Source of the DNA: a virus | Taxonomy: Duplodnaviria; Heunggongvirae; Uroviricota; Caudoviricetes | Direction: 5' to 3' (one strand) | IMG/VR virus record: IMGVR_UViG_3300021400_005610 | DNA length: 36,205 nucleotides | In this document: piece after piece, positions 5,561 to 15,692 of the stretch | Position numbering within the stretch: the first letter of the stretch is position 1 | How the letters are laid out: the number at the start of each line of letters is the position of its first letter | Position numbers and translations under genes: made by a program | Notes under the pieces: generated by a model | Seen by the model: the letters and a program-made list of their open reading frames with translations, nothing else | Databases searched by the model: none | Told to the model about the DNA's origin: nothing

Positions 5561-6487
5561 ATGGAGGATAGATTCCGTTTTATGAAACGTATTGTTCGTA
5601 GATGGATAGTATTTGTTATCATTTTATTCGGGCTTGTTCTACTGAATTATCCTTATTTGTCTGGTGTTATTACAGATGCGTTCGCTGTTCAAGTTGGAAC
5701 GAAGGCTGTTGAGGAAATGGCTCAAGATGATGATGGTAAGAATGCTGAACTTTTAAAACGAGCGGAAGAATACAATGCTGCATTAGCTATGGGCGCAGAT
5801 CTTTCGGAATTTGCAGATTTCGAGTTGATACAACCTGGTGCATTGCTTGGATACTTAGAAGTACCGCAGATTGACGTCTATATGCCTGTACGATATGGCA
5901 CGGTACCTGATGTTCTGGATCGTAACCTTGGTTGTGTTGAAGAAACTTCACTTCCTGTTGGTGGTCTGAATGTGCATAGTTCTATTTCTGGGCATACAGG
6001 AATGGCAACGAAGAAGATGTTGACTGATTTGACAGCTGTGAAAAAGGGCGATGTATTCTTCATGCATACATTCGGACGAGATTTAGCGTACAGAGTGGAA
6101 CAAATCGATGTAGTATTACCATCAGAGGATGAGTTGTTGGCAATTGTGCCTGGTCATGATTACATGACCTTGATTACATGCACACCGTATGGTGTAAATG
6201 ATCATCGTTTGTTGGTTAGAGGCGAACGTATAGAATACGATTTTACTAAGCCTGCTGTGGAACAGCAGGTGTCAACCGAGAAGCGATTGTCCGATGTTCA
6301 GAGGACACGAATTTATATCGCAATCGGAAGTGGTATTGTTCTTATCGGTCTTTTGGTGTATACTATCATAGGGACCGTTAAAGATGAGAGGCGCCGTAGG
6401 CAGAAACAACAGCAACGTGCTGCTAAAGCCGCCGCGGCAGCAAAAGATAAGCTTAGAAGGAAAGGAGAACCTATCACAAGAAAGTGA
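5561..6487 (+). CDS. srtC: Class C (pilus) sortase
   Basis: ISGHTG and TLITCTPYGVNDHRLLVRG; N- and C-terminal TM helices. Confidence 0.93.
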   Translation: MEDRFRFMKRIVRRWIVFVIILFGLVLLNYPYLSGVITDAFAVQVGTKAVEEMAQDDDGKNAELLKRAEEYNAALAMGADLSEFADFELIQPGALLGYLEVPQIDVYMPVRYGTVPDVLDRNLGCVEETSLPVGGLNVHSSISGHTGMATKKMLTDLTAVKKGDVFFMHTFGRDLAYRVEQIDVVLPSEDELLAIVPGHDYMTLITCTPYGVNDHRLLVRGERIEYDFTKPAVEQQVSTEKRLSDVQRTRIYIAIGSGIVLIGLLVYTIIGTVKDERRRRQKQQQRAAKAAAAAKDKLRRKGEPITRK

Positions 6488-6501
6488 TAAGAAAGGATGT
6501 T

Positions 6502-8364
6502 ATGATGAAAACAAGATCTGTTTTTAAAACGCTGGTTCTGCTGTTTCTGATAGCTGTCATGTGTTTCCCTGTTGGTGTGTTCGCTGCGAACGATACTGGT
6601 TCAATCAGTTTTACTGCTCAAACTACGGGCGATCATGAGATTGTTCCCGATGCAGAGTTTGAGTTGTATAAAGTAGCTGATTATGATGTATCAAGCATTA
6701 CGCTTACCCAAGGATTTAGTGGCATGAATTTAAAGCTGCTTGATCTGCAGGACCACCTCAAGGAATCCGTGGAGACTGTAGAGGCGTGGTTGTCAAATCA
6801 TTCTGTCTCTCCTGTTACATCAGTTGTCAGTGGAACCGATGGCAAAGTTACTTTTAGCAATCTTTCTGACGGCGTGTATTTGGTGAAGTATAAAGATGAT
6901 GCGGCAAAGAATAAGCAGTATAATCGTGTTGTCACTGCAGAATCGGTGCTTCTTGCGATTCCTTACATTTCAGGGAATGATTTGCTCAGAACTGTAACCA
7001 TTACACCGAAAATTAGTGTTCGCGTATTAACAGAACCTGTGTCGGTGTCTGTTACAAAGAAATGGGATGATGGTAATTCAAGCAAACGTCCTACATCAGT
7101 AGATGCTGTGCTTTATCAAGATGGTAAGGTAATGTCTACTATAACGTTGAATGCGTCAAATAGTTGGACGTATGTTTGGAAGTCACTTGATGGCGGTCAT
7201 ACATATGATGTGAAGGAAGATAATGTCCCCTCTGGTTATAAAGCCACGATTAGCAAGAATGGTGATTACGATTTTGTAATCACAAATAAATCTGACTCTA
7301 CGCCACCAGGTCCTTCTGATAAGCCTGTAAGTGTTAGTGTTAAGAAGGTTTGGGTTGATAACCAGAATAACAGTAGTACGAATTCTGCGCAGGGACAGAC
7401 GAATAATTCTCGTCCTGCTTCCATTCAGGTTCAGTTGTATAACGGTGGTTCTGCTGTAGGACAGGCTGTCAATCTTTCAGATGCTAATAATTGGTCCTAT
7501 GTATGGAACAATTTGGATGCTAAAGGGTCTTATGATGTAAAGGAAGTTAATGTTCCTACGGGTTATGACTCTAAGGTTGAGAAGTCTGCTAATGGTAGCA
7601 ATGTGGCCGTTACAATTACGAACACTCGTGTTGCTCCTATTGATATTACCGTGACAAAGGTTTGGGTTGGTGATACTCCTGCAAAGGATAATGGAACCAC
7701 TCAGACGAATGGAACTACTCCTGCAAATCAAGATGTACGTCCTGCTTCTGTTCAGGTTCAGTTGTATAACGGTAGTGCTGCTGTAGGACAGGCGGTTACG
7801 TTGTCTGAAGCAAATCAGTGGACTTATACATGGAAGGGTGTAGACTCGAATGGATCTTATGACGTGAAAGAAGTGAATGCTCCTTCAGGTTATAAGGTTG
7901 AGGTAAAGAAGGAAGCTGGTCAGAACAATGGTATTAAGTTTACTGTTACGAATACCAAGGTTCAGCCGATTGACCTTCAGGCCAATAAGGTTTGGGATGA
8001 TGGCGATAATAAGGATCGTCCGTTGTCTGTAACTCTTCAGTTGTATAATGGTCAGCAGAAGGTTGGTGACCCTGTCACATTGTCTGCTGGTAATAATTGG
8101 ACGTATAGTTGGAAGAGCCTTGCTGGCGATGGTGAATGGTCTGTTCAGGAGTTGAATCCTCCGAAGGACTATAAGGTTTCGTATGAACGTAAGGGTAATA
8201 CGATTATTGTCACGAACAAGTTCGATCCGACTACATGGACGGATGTTGTAACTGGTGATGATTTCGCTTGGTTGCGTTATTCCATCTTAGCTCTGGTGCT
8301 TGTGGGCGCTGGTGTTGGCGGACTGTTCTATGTTAAGAAACGCCGTAAGGATCAGGCTGAATAA
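6502..8364 (+). CDS. Sortase-anchored pilin/adhesin with four Cna B-type repeats
   Basis: Signal peptide; four repeats of V.K.W.D...RP.SV.VQLY.G.....VTL...N.W.Y.W..L; sorting signal VVTGD + TM + KKRRK. Confidence 0.9.
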   Translation: MMKTRSVFKTLVLLFLIAVMCFPVGVFAANDTGSISFTAQTTGDHEIVPDAEFELYKVADYDVSSITLTQGFSGMNLKLLDLQDHLKESVETVEAWLSNHSVSPVTSVVSGTDGKVTFSNLSDGVYLVKYKDDAAKNKQYNRVVTAESVLLAIPYISGNDLLRTVTITPKISVRVLTEPVSVSVTKKWDDGNSSKRPTSVDAVLYQDGKVMSTITLNASNSWTYVWKSLDGGHTYDVKEDNVPSGYKATISKNGDYDFVITNKSDSTPPGPSDKPVSVSVKKVWVDNQNNSSTNSAQGQTNNSRPASIQVQLYNGGSAVGQAVNLSDANNWSYVWNNLDAKGSYDVKEVNVPTGYDSKVEKSANGSNVAVTITNTRVAPIDITVTKVWVGDTPAKDNGTTQTNGTTPANQDVRPASVQVQLYNGSAAVGQAVTLSEANQWTYTWKGVDSNGSYDVKEVNAPSGYKVEVKKEAGQNNGIKFTVTNTKVQPIDLQANKVWDDGDNKDRPLSVTLQLYNGQQKVGDPVTLSAGNNWTYSWKSLAGDGEWSVQELNPPKDYKVSYERKGNTIIVTNKFDPTTWTDVVTGDDFAWLRYSILALVLVGAGVGGLFYVKKRRKDQAE

Positions 8365-8387
8365 GCCATTAAATAAATAAGTTTTGG

Positions 8388-8422
8388 AAAGCCAGGTCAT
8401 TAGGATCTGGCTTTTCTTTTTT
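8388..8422 (+). terminator. Intrinsic terminator
   Basis: AAAGCCAGGTC/GATCTGGCTTT followed by a T tract. Confidence 0.75.
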
Positions 8423-8509
8423 CGAGTATTTCGATTTTTCTATTGATAAATGAGCCTTTTTATGATATACTGTTATCGTAACGAGGGTACAAAGAAAGAG
8501 GTGGATGCA

Positions 8510-9049
8510 TTGGTTTGGCAATTGATTTTGAAAAACAAAAAAGAAATTCTTTCGTTTGGCATCGAACTCGTTGTAGTGTTCTTGATTGCATTGTTTTTGA
8601 CGAATGTAGTTATCGTTAATGCAAAAGTTCCATCTTCTTCGATGGAGCCAACTATTATGACGGGTGACCGTCTAATTGGCGATCGCATTTTTTATAAAGG
8701 CGATTTGCATCGTTACGATGTTGTGATTTTTCGTTATCCTGATGACGAAACGCAGTTATTTATTAAGCGCATTATAGGCTTACCTGGGGATGTCGTTGAA
8801 GCTAAAAATGGTGATATTTATATCAATGGTACTTTAGACCAACGAGCGCAGAAAATGGCTGCGGAAAGACTGAATAGTGATTTTGGTCCGTATACAGTTC
8901 CGTCTGACCATTATTTTATGATGGGAGACAATCGAAATCATTCATTGGATTCTCGTTTTTGGAATGACCCTTTTGTATCGTCAGATGAAATTATAGGCCG
9001 TGCTATATTTATTTATTATCCTCTCTCTGAGATGGGTAAGATTAAATAA
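8510..9049 (+). CDS. lepB: Signal peptidase I
   Basis: SSSMEPT (catalytic Ser), FIKRIIGLPGD (Lys), GDNRNHSLDSR. Probable TTG start at 8510 after AAAGAGG; the ORF track starts at 8450. Confidence 0.93.
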   Translation: MVWQLILKNKKEILSFGIELVVVFLIALFLTNVVIVNAKVPSSSMEPTIMTGDRLIGDRIFYKGDLHRYDVVIFRYPDDETQLFIKRIIGLPGDVVEAKNGDIYINGTLDQRAQKMAAERLNSDFGPYTVPSDHYFMMGDNRNHSLDSRFWNDPFVSSDEIIGRAIFIYYPLSEMGKIK

Positions 9050-9167
9050 ATTTTCAGTCAGTTTGATGGTTGATATTTACTTGTAGATAGCGTATATTAA
9101 CCATTAGAACAGAATATATTATTCTATTGTATGCATGTTACTTTGAAGTAAAAAAGAAAGGATGTAA

Positions 9168-10514
9168 ATGCAAATGAAGAAATCTTACAAAATGTTGGCG
9201 CTGATCATGACGTTAGTTATGGTTCTGTGCGTTGGTTTGACAGGGTGTGGCAAGAAACCCGCCACAACTGAGTCGCTTGTTAAGGCTACTCAGGAGAAGT
9301 TCAAATCAGCGGAAAGTGCATCTTTTGATGGAACCATTGATATGGATATGTCTGTATCTATTTTTGGTCAGAAGGAAGACATGAAGGCGTCTGGTAAATT
9401 GACGAGTGAATCTGTAAAAGATGAACTTGCTCATATGGTTTTGGATATGTCTGTGGATACAGCTGGTGAGACGCAGCAGGTTACAACCGAAACGTATGCT
9501 GAAAAAGACGGCGATAAGTATGTCGTTTATACCAACGCTGATGATGAGTGGTTTAAGCAGGAAGCTGACACATCTGGTTTGATGGATCTCTCGAATGTTA
9601 TTACTGATAAGTTCTTTACTGAGGCCATTTTTGAAGAGAAAGAGAATGAATATGTTGTTTCTGGTGGAATTGATGTGGCGGAGGCAACAGAGACCTTCGG
9701 TAGCATGATGTCTATGGACGATATGCTTGGTGATCTTGGAGAAGTTGATTTAACTGGTGTTGATAAGGCACAAGTTGTTTATCATTTCGATAAAGAGACA
9801 AAGGATTTGACTCTGATTGAGATTGATATGACCAACACAATGAAGCAGATTTTTGATAAGGCTATGGAGTCTTTGATGGCTGGTGAGATTGATGCTGGCG
9901 AAGCTGGCGATATCGACATGTCAGATCTTGCTGGACTTATTCAGTTCGATGTTAACAAGATGGTCGTTACGATGAACAATTTCAAGTTTGGCGATGCTAT
10001 TGAAATTAAGGTTCCTGATTCTGTAAAGGAAAATGCAAAGGATATGCCTGATTACAGTAATTTGTCAGAAGAAATTGGGTCAGCGGAAATTGACACAAAC
10101 AATTCTGCAGAGATTCCGAATCCTGTTGTGGATTATAAGGATGTAGCTTCTGCAAGTGCTGCTGTTGGTTTCGTGATGACAGAACCGAAGCTGGATGGCT
10201 ATACTCTTGATGAAGTTCATGTTATTGCAGATGAGATTCTTGAGCTCAACTATTTGAATGAAGATGGTGCATCGCTTATCATCCGTAAGGCTGCTGATTC
10301 GATCGGGGATATTACTGGTGATTACAACAGTTATCCGAACGAAGCAAATGATGTTACTGATTGGGTTGAAGGTCTTAAATTGAATGTTCTTGGTTGGGAA
10401 GAAGGCGTCTATAACAATGTAAATTGGGAAAAGGACGGTTTTGCGTATGCAATCCTTTCTGACGCTGATATGACGCAGGAACAGATGGTCGCTGTTATCA
10501 ACGCTCTTCAGTAA
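9168..10514 (+). CDS. Acidic lipoprotein (DUF6612-like N-terminal region, extra C-terminal domain)
   Basis: Lipobox GLTGC after a basic/hydrophobic signal peptide; family assignment tentative. Confidence 0.75.
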   Translation: MQMKKSYKMLALIMTLVMVLCVGLTGCGKKPATTESLVKATQEKFKSAESASFDGTIDMDMSVSIFGQKEDMKASGKLTSESVKDELAHMVLDMSVDTAGETQQVTTETYAEKDGDKYVVYTNADDEWFKQEADTSGLMDLSNVITDKFFTEAIFEEKENEYVVSGGIDVAEATETFGSMMSMDDMLGDLGEVDLTGVDKAQVVYHFDKETKDLTLIEIDMTNTMKQIFDKAMESLMAGEIDAGEAGDIDMSDLAGLIQFDVNKMVVTMNNFKFGDAIEIKVPDSVKENAKDMPDYSNLSEEIGSAEIDTNNSAEIPNPVVDYKDVASASAAVGFVMTEPKLDGYTLDEVHVIADEILELNYLNEDGASLIIRKAADSIGDITGDYNSYPNEANDVTDWVEGLKLNVLGWEEGVYNNVNWEKDGFAYAILSDADMTQEQMVAVINALQ

Positions 10515-10531
10515 TGGAGTTTATTGAATAG

Positions 10532-10578
10532 AAAAAAATAAGCCGTCTGATCGTAAGACCAGGCGGCTGTTTTTATTT
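10532..10578. terminator. Bidirectional terminator between convergent genes
   Basis: A tract-AGCCGTCTG/CAGGCGGCT-T tract. Confidence 0.7.
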
Positions 10579-10944
10579 CAAACTGTTTTCGCAAGCTTTG
10601 AGGATTGCGATGAATTCTTCGGTGGAAATGTCATGGGATGCGTAAGCATCTCTCATGGGATATTTGTACCATGATATGGTAAACCCTGTTGGTTTGTATT
10701 CGAAGTTAGGCAGTTCGGCGATATCTTCTTCATCGCCCCAGTAATAGGGCCTGATGATGAATGTGTCGTTTTCGAAACATCTTTCGTTAGAACCTTCTTT
10801 ATAGCCATATCCATCGAATCCGTTGTTTTCAAGGAACTTCCAGAAAGGATCTTGCCATTCATCGCGTTCGATGGCGTAATTTCCTCTGGAATTGCCGAAA
10901 ATAAGATTGCCGAGTTCGAGGGTGTCGATACTCATTTCTTTCAT
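10573..10944 (-). CDS. Hypothetical protein of phage/plasmid type
   Basis: Start MKEMSID at 10944 with SD AAAGGAG. Confidence 0.75.
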   Translation of the reverse strand: MKEMSIDTLELGNLIFGNSRGNYAIERDEWQDPFWKFLENNGFDGYGYKEGSNERCFENDTFIIRPYYWGDEEDIAELPNFEYKPTGFTISWYKYPMRDAYASHDISTEEFIAILKACENSLK

Positions 10945-10973
10945 GAATGGAACTCCTTTCTGTTCATAAAAAA

Positions 10974-11150
10974 TCAAAGGTAGCACCGAAGTGCTGCCTT
11001 TGCGCGGGAACGGTCTGCTTTTGTGGCATGTTTTCCGTCCTTTATGGTACGGGTATAAGGCTTAACGCCATTCCAACTGCCACGCTGAGCGTTATTGCGC
11101 TCTTTCTGAGCTTTCTTGCTCAGTTTGTCGTATGATACGAATTTTGTCAT
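10974..11150 (-). CDS. 58-aa basic protein (below the ORF-track cutoff)
   Basis: SD AAAGGAGG; MTKFVSYDKLSKKAQKERNNAQRGSWNGVKPYTR...; resembles small clostridial proteins of the F..Y.KLSKK.....R..W type. Confidence 0.8.
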   Translation of the reverse strand: MTKFVSYDKLSKKAQKERNNAQRGSWNGVKPYTRTIKDGKHATKADRSRAKAALRCYL

Positions 11151-11184
11151 GACGTTAATCCTCCTTTGTTATTTTTATTGTGAT

Positions 11185-11847
11185 TTATGCAACGTCAGTG
11201 TTGCACTCGAAAGATGAATCGAAGTCATCGTAGATGTCTTCTATATCATCCTCTGGTTTCGGAAGTTTTCCGAATCCCTTCTTATGCTTCCAATACTGCT
11301 TTGGGGATTTGCACTGATCCTTCCAGCACTTAGAGGAAGTCCAATCGTGACAATGTGCGCGTTCTGCGTAGTCCCAAGCATCGGCTTTGGTAAAATGTGA
11401 TGGCTTAGACTTAATCTGCTTGATGAGATTGCCGTATTCATCATCGTTGAAGTCGAGGATGGTCTGTTCGTTGCGAACAGTAGAGCGCAACATCGGCGCA
11501 GATCCCTTGCGGTGGGTGTGATTTTTGGATCCAGAACGCCACCATCCGTGAAAGTGCGATTTCGGGAGTTCCATCTTTTCGATATTCCAGTTACGAATAT
11601 CGATGATGCGATTGGTTGTCGTTTCAATAATCATGTAACGACGAAGATGACGTTCGATGCGGCAGGTTTCGTAGTTCCAGTCGAACCAACGAACGACGTA
11701 GGTGTCGTTGCCGTTCATGTTGAGATTGTCGTAGTGAACTCCGTTGCGGGAACTGTTGTTGCGAATCCACCAGAGTGAGAGGTCTTCCTTTGTTTTGAAG
11801 GGGATGATCTTGTTCTTAGCAAAATCTTTGACGTAATACTGATACAT
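11185..11847 (-). CDS. Hypothetical protein (Trp/His/Lys-rich)
   Basis: 220 aa; SD AAAGGAG. Confidence 0.75.
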   Translation of the reverse strand: MYQYYVKDFAKNKIIPFKTKEDLSLWWIRNNSSRNGVHYDNLNMNGNDTYVVRWFDWNYETCRIERHLRRYMIIETTTNRIIDIRNWNIEKMELPKSHFHGWWRSGSKNHTHRKGSAPMLRSTVRNEQTILDFNDDEYGNLIKQIKSKPSHFTKADAWDYAERAHCHDWTSSKCWKDQCKSPKQYWKHKKGFGKLPKPEDDIEDIYDDFDSSFECNTDVA

Positions 11848-12140
11848 AAAGGTTGACTCCTTTCATGTTCATGTTGTCTTAGTGATAGTATATCATATTT
11901 TGCGTTGATTTTGTTTTATTTTGTTTTGCGTATGTTTACGCCCGAAATGTATCGTAATGTATGTAAAAGTTTAATTCGTTTTTCATAAAGGCGTGTTTTC
12001 GGGTATGTTTTGAGATTGAATTTAATTTTTTGAGTTCAAAAAGTATGATTCGTTTTGAAACGTTATAATTAGCGTATTGAATTTTGCGGAATTCTATGGT
12101 AATATCGTATTGATAAATGAGACTATTCTCGAAAGGAGAT

Positions 12141-12332
12141 ATGAAGATGAAGGAACGTAGTGTTAAGACTGAATTGCCTGAGAATGCAAAATCCGTAACA
12201 ACGCATCATCCACGCAAACAGAGACGTGCTCGTGCTGAAGCAGGAATGATGGGTCCTGTTTGGATTGGTGTTGTCTTTTTAGCAGTTGTTTGTATCGGTT
12301 TGGCATATTTCCTGTTGAATCCAATGTGGTAA
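12141..12332 (+). CDS. Small C-terminally anchored membrane protein
   Basis: SD AAAGGAG before ATG 12141; one TM helix. Confidence 0.65.
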   Translation: MKMKERSVKTELPENAKSVTTHHPRKQRRARAEAGMMGPVWIGVVFLAVVCIGLAYFLLNPMW

Positions 12333-12338
12333 CGTGTG

Positions 12339-12557
12339 ATGAACAATAAGCAGAAGAAGCCCATTGGGCTTATTATTGCGTTGGTTGTTCTTTTGTTTGC
12401 TATGCTTGCGTTAGTGTTACGTGTTGTCTTGTTTATCGATTATAATAATTTGAGTGGTCATATGTACGATGATATCGAAAATATCAGTACGCCACTTGAC
12501 GAGATAGAAGATAGTATAGAGCAAGAACGACAAGAGTATTATGAGATTACGAATTGA
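12339..12557 (+). CDS. Small single-pass membrane protein
   Basis: KQKK + TM + acidic tail. Confidence 0.65.
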   Translation: MNNKQKKPIGLIIALVVLLFAMLALVLRVVLFIDYNNLSGHMYDDIENISTPLDEIEDSIEQERQEYYEITN

Positions 12558-12626
12558 TGTCTTGCGTTATGTTCTTTTCCATGATATATAAATGATGATA
12601 TCATTTGAAAGAATGGAGGTACGATC

Positions 12627-12947
12627 ATGGCGAAGGCAAGTAAAGTATTACCTGGATTTGCAGGCGGAGATATGGCCACATCTGTGGTAAATGGTCTGGC
12701 TTCTCAGGCCATGTCAAATAATCAAGATAAAGCCTATGAAAAGGCTATGAAGCAGCAGAAGAAATTGGCAAAAGAACAGTTGGTTGTTGCACAGAAAAGA
12801 GAAGATATTGCTCGTCGTGAGCATATTGATGATTTGTCTAAGGGTGTAGATTTAGGTGCAATTTTGCGTGAATCTGCGTCTTCAGTTATTTCGAATCCTG
12901 TTGAGGCAACGAGAGATTCGGTGGAAGATGCTATATCCCTTGGATGA
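12627..12947 (+). CDS. Hypothetical coiled-coil protein
   Basis: 106 aa; SD GGAGG. Confidence 0.7.
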   Translation: MAKASKVLPGFAGGDMATSVVNGLASQAMSNNQDKAYEKAMKQQKKLAKEQLVVAQKREDIARREHIDDLSKGVDLGAILRESASSVISNPVEATRDSVEDAISLG

Positions 12948-12965
12948 TATTTGGTGAAATTTGAT

Positions 12966-13009
12966 AAAAAAATAATCACGCCATTGCGTATTGCAGTGGC
13001 GTGATTTTT
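12966..13009. terminator. Bidirectional terminator
   Basis: AATCACGCCATTGC/GCAGTGGCGTGATT flanked by A and T tracts. Confidence 0.8.
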
Positions 13010-13012
13010 ATG

Positions 13013-13321
13013 TTATACTTCAGGCAATTTTTCTGTATCGAAGACATACAGGGGATACATGCAATAGCCGCTGTTGCCATAGTATCCAGTCGGCTCGCCG
13101 ATCTTGTTGTCTTTGATTAACTGCTCAGCCCACGGGCAGTTGTTCGTATCTACGAAGGCAGTATGGTCGTTGCAAAGAAAGTCGCTATCATCAATGTTTA
13201 CTGTGATGACGGCATACAGTTCACCATCTTCAACGGCGTTGAGAAAGATGGCGAGTGTATTGTTGTTGCGATAGGTTGAGCGCAAGACCGTTACGTTTGT
13301 ATTATGAATGTTTGTTTTCAT
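13013..13321 (-). CDS. DUF4313-like protein
   Basis: ITVNI...AFVDTNNCPW...G.PTG...SGYCMYPLY.F pattern. Confidence 0.7.
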   Translation of the reverse strand: MKTNIHNTNVTVLRSTYRNNNTLAIFLNAVEDGELYAVITVNIDDSDFLCNDHTAFVDTNNCPWAEQLIKDNKIGEPTGYYGNSGYCMYPLYVFDTEKLPEV

Positions 13322-13526
13322 GATATTTTTCTCCTTATCTTATGTAGGATACATTAAGACTCTCGTTTCTTGGAAAAGGCTTATTGAAATTTTTATAATC
13401 TTGTGATTTCTTCGATGAATATCAGTTGATTTATCAGTATTTATTTGATATAATGGGATGCAGGGAGATTTTTAGCTCACTAGCGTTAACCATACACAAA
13501 AATGAAAGGTTAGGTGTCAGAAAACT

Positions 13527-14411
13527 ATGTCAGATGATAAGAGAGCAGAGGCTATGCGTAAGGCAATTGCCGATTCAGATGCACAGAAGTCCTCTTCATC
13601 GAATCCTTCGAAAGGAAGCAAGTTCAATCTGAAGGATAAAGTGAAGATTCCTGGTGGAAGTGAAGGAATTAAGGATTCGTTTGCAAAACTTTGGGGTTCC
13701 AAGATGGGTAAGATTGGAATCGGTGTTTTTGCTGGTGTGATTTTGCTTATTATTGTGGTCAGTATTTTTTCGAGTATTAGCAATAAAGCCACATCTACGC
13801 CAGCCGAATATGAGATTTCGAACTCCATTATCAATGTATACGAGAATAAGGATGTTCCGTCAGGATATTCTTATGATGCGTATGTAGAGATTACAAATAC
13901 GGGTTCGTCAAACATTTATGTGAAGGATATGTCTTTTAAGATTGTATCGGCTGATAAGAATGAACATATTATGACTGATACGAACATTAAGGCGTTCCCT
14001 GCCATTATTGCGCCTGGTGAGAAAGGTTATATCTTCAATCGTTTTGGAACAGAAGTGACAGGTATTTGGAGTGCAGATGTGCCGTTGGCACTGTCTCCGA
14101 CATTTACCGTTATGAGATCCGATGCGTTACCGTATGAGTATCCTTGGGAAGAATCTTCTGTTAAGATTGAAAAGACTGATCATGGTCAGGTTATGAGCAT
14201 GCGTGTTTCAAACGATACTGCTCAAAAAGCAAGTTCTATGTATGTTGGTGTTGCTGTGTATAATGCGAAGGGTTATTGCATTGGTATCAGCGAGAAGTTC
14301 CTCTACGATGTTGAGCCACATACGATTAAGAACGTACAGTTTGATCCGTTGACTATTGTTCGAGCTTGGAAGAATGAAGACATCACGAACTATATGATTT
14401 TTGCATATTGA
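13527..14411 (+). CDS. Membrane-anchored extracellular protein with two Ig-like (FxLYD-like) domains
   Basis: Single TM at about residues 60-85; V.ITNTG...IAPGEK and VSNDT...VAVYN...G patterns. Confidence 0.6.
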   Translation: MSDDKRAEAMRKAIADSDAQKSSSSNPSKGSKFNLKDKVKIPGGSEGIKDSFAKLWGSKMGKIGIGVFAGVILLIIVVSIFSSISNKATSTPAEYEISNSIINVYENKDVPSGYSYDAYVEITNTGSSNIYVKDMSFKIVSADKNEHIMTDTNIKAFPAIIAPGEKGYIFNRFGTEVTGIWSADVPLALSPTFTVMRSDALPYEYPWEESSVKIEKTDHGQVMSMRVSNDTAQKASSMYVGVAVYNAKGYCIGISEKFLYDVEPHTIKNVQFDPLTIVRAWKNEDITNYMIFAY

Positions 14412-15147
14412 TTGTGAAAGGATTTCTGTTTTGCGAAGATTAGTTAAGCGTTTAGTGAGTGTAATTATTATATCGGTAGTGTTATGTATCAATGTTTCAT
14501 CGGTTATGGCGATGGAATATGATGAATCGCTTGTAGATGCAGCGATTCCATTCACTGTGGTATCTCCAGTTGTGGAATATCCAGAGTTGATTGAACCACA
14601 AAAATGTGAAGCTAATATGGGTTTTGTTGGTGAACAAACGGTTCGTTTGTCTGAAACAAATGTTGATGCATATGCGTCTGAACGAGCACATATTGTAGAT
14701 GTGGCTGAGAACTGGAATATTACAGTTGATACGTATAATGATTGTGCCAGATGGGTCTGCAATGTTTTACAAGCAGCAGGCTGGAATGCTCCATATTGGT
14801 CTGGAGCAATGTATTGGGAACATTTTGCTGATATGAGTCATGATATGACGAATATTCCTGCAGGTGCAATTGTTATTGGGACAGGATATAATAGTGATAC
14901 ATCTGGATCTGGATATTATTATGGACATGTTGGTATCTGTGTTGGTGACAAAGATGGCGATGGGGAACCTGAAATTCGGGATTGTATAGGACCAGGAATT
15001 GATGGTATTCAAACGCAGTCGTTATCGACATGGTTGCAATGGCAGTTAGATTGCTATTGTGGAACAATGTTTCACGAGCCTGGGTTTGTTGGATGGCTTT
15101 ATTATCCCGATTTAGAGCGAGCTGGCGCTGATTTTACAAGATTATAA
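14401..15147 (+). CDS. Secreted NlpC/P60 / CHAP-like cell-wall hydrolase
   Basis: NDCARWVCNVL (Cys), PAGAIV and YGHVGICVG (His); signal-like hydrophobic stretch; true start uncertain. Confidence 0.75.
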   Translation: MHIDCERISVLRRLVKRLVSVIIISVVLCINVSSVMAMEYDESLVDAAIPFTVVSPVVEYPELIEPQKCEANMGFVGEQTVRLSETNVDAYASERAHIVDVAENWNITVDTYNDCARWVCNVLQAAGWNAPYWSGAMYWEHFADMSHDMTNIPAGAIVIGTGYNSDTSGSGYYYGHVGICVGDKDGDGEPEIRDCIGPGIDGIQTQSLSTWLQWQLDCYCGTMFHEPGFVGWLYYPDLERAGADFTRL

Positions 15148-15184
15148 AAAGAGATGCCGTATGGAAGATCCATACGGCATTTTT
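15146..15184. terminator. Bidirectional terminator
   Basis: ATGCCGTATGGA/TCCATACGGCAT with A and T tracts. Confidence 0.8.
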
Positions 15185-15692
15185 AGTTTTGTATGAATGT
15201 GTTTTCATCTGGGATGAAATACACAACTTTTCCGTCAGAGTCTGTTGTTCCGACTCGATGAATTTTTAGGATGGTATCCAGCGTTTTTTCTGTCACCGTA
15301 TGAAAGCGAAGCTTTTTACATGGTGTAAAATCCGATGGTGTGGAAGTGTAGGGAATGCCATTAATAGAGAATATGTTCTCGTCATGTGTCAAAGAGAAGG
15401 TTTTACCTTCTGTAACAATGGCATACCAATTATTTTGTAGATTATTGTCTACTGGGATGATGAAGGATAATGCGGGTGCGATGAAATGTTGTCCTTCTTC
15501 AGATGGACAATCTGGAATCCATATTCCGTTGATTTCATCTAAGCATTTTCCTATACGGCGTAGTTGATTAAGCATGGCGTCAGCGATGTCTTTTCGATCA
15601 CATGCGCAAACGAATTCGGGGTCGTCGTAGCCGAGACCGTCGTTTTGCTTTGTGTATCCTGACATAATGACGCACCAGATTGTGTCAGTCAT
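15183..15692 (-). CDS. Hypothetical protein
   Basis: 169 aa; overlaps the stop of the upstream gene, suggesting translational coupling. Confidence 0.65.
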   Translation of the reverse strand: MTDTIWCVIMSGYTKQNDGLGYDDPEFVCACDRKDIADAMLNQLRRIGKCLDEINGIWIPDCPSEEGQHFIAPALSFIIPVDNNLQNNWYAIVTEGKTFSLTHDENIFSINGIPYTSTPSDFTPCKKLRFHTVTEKTLDTILKIHRVGTTDSDGKVVYFIPDENTFIQN

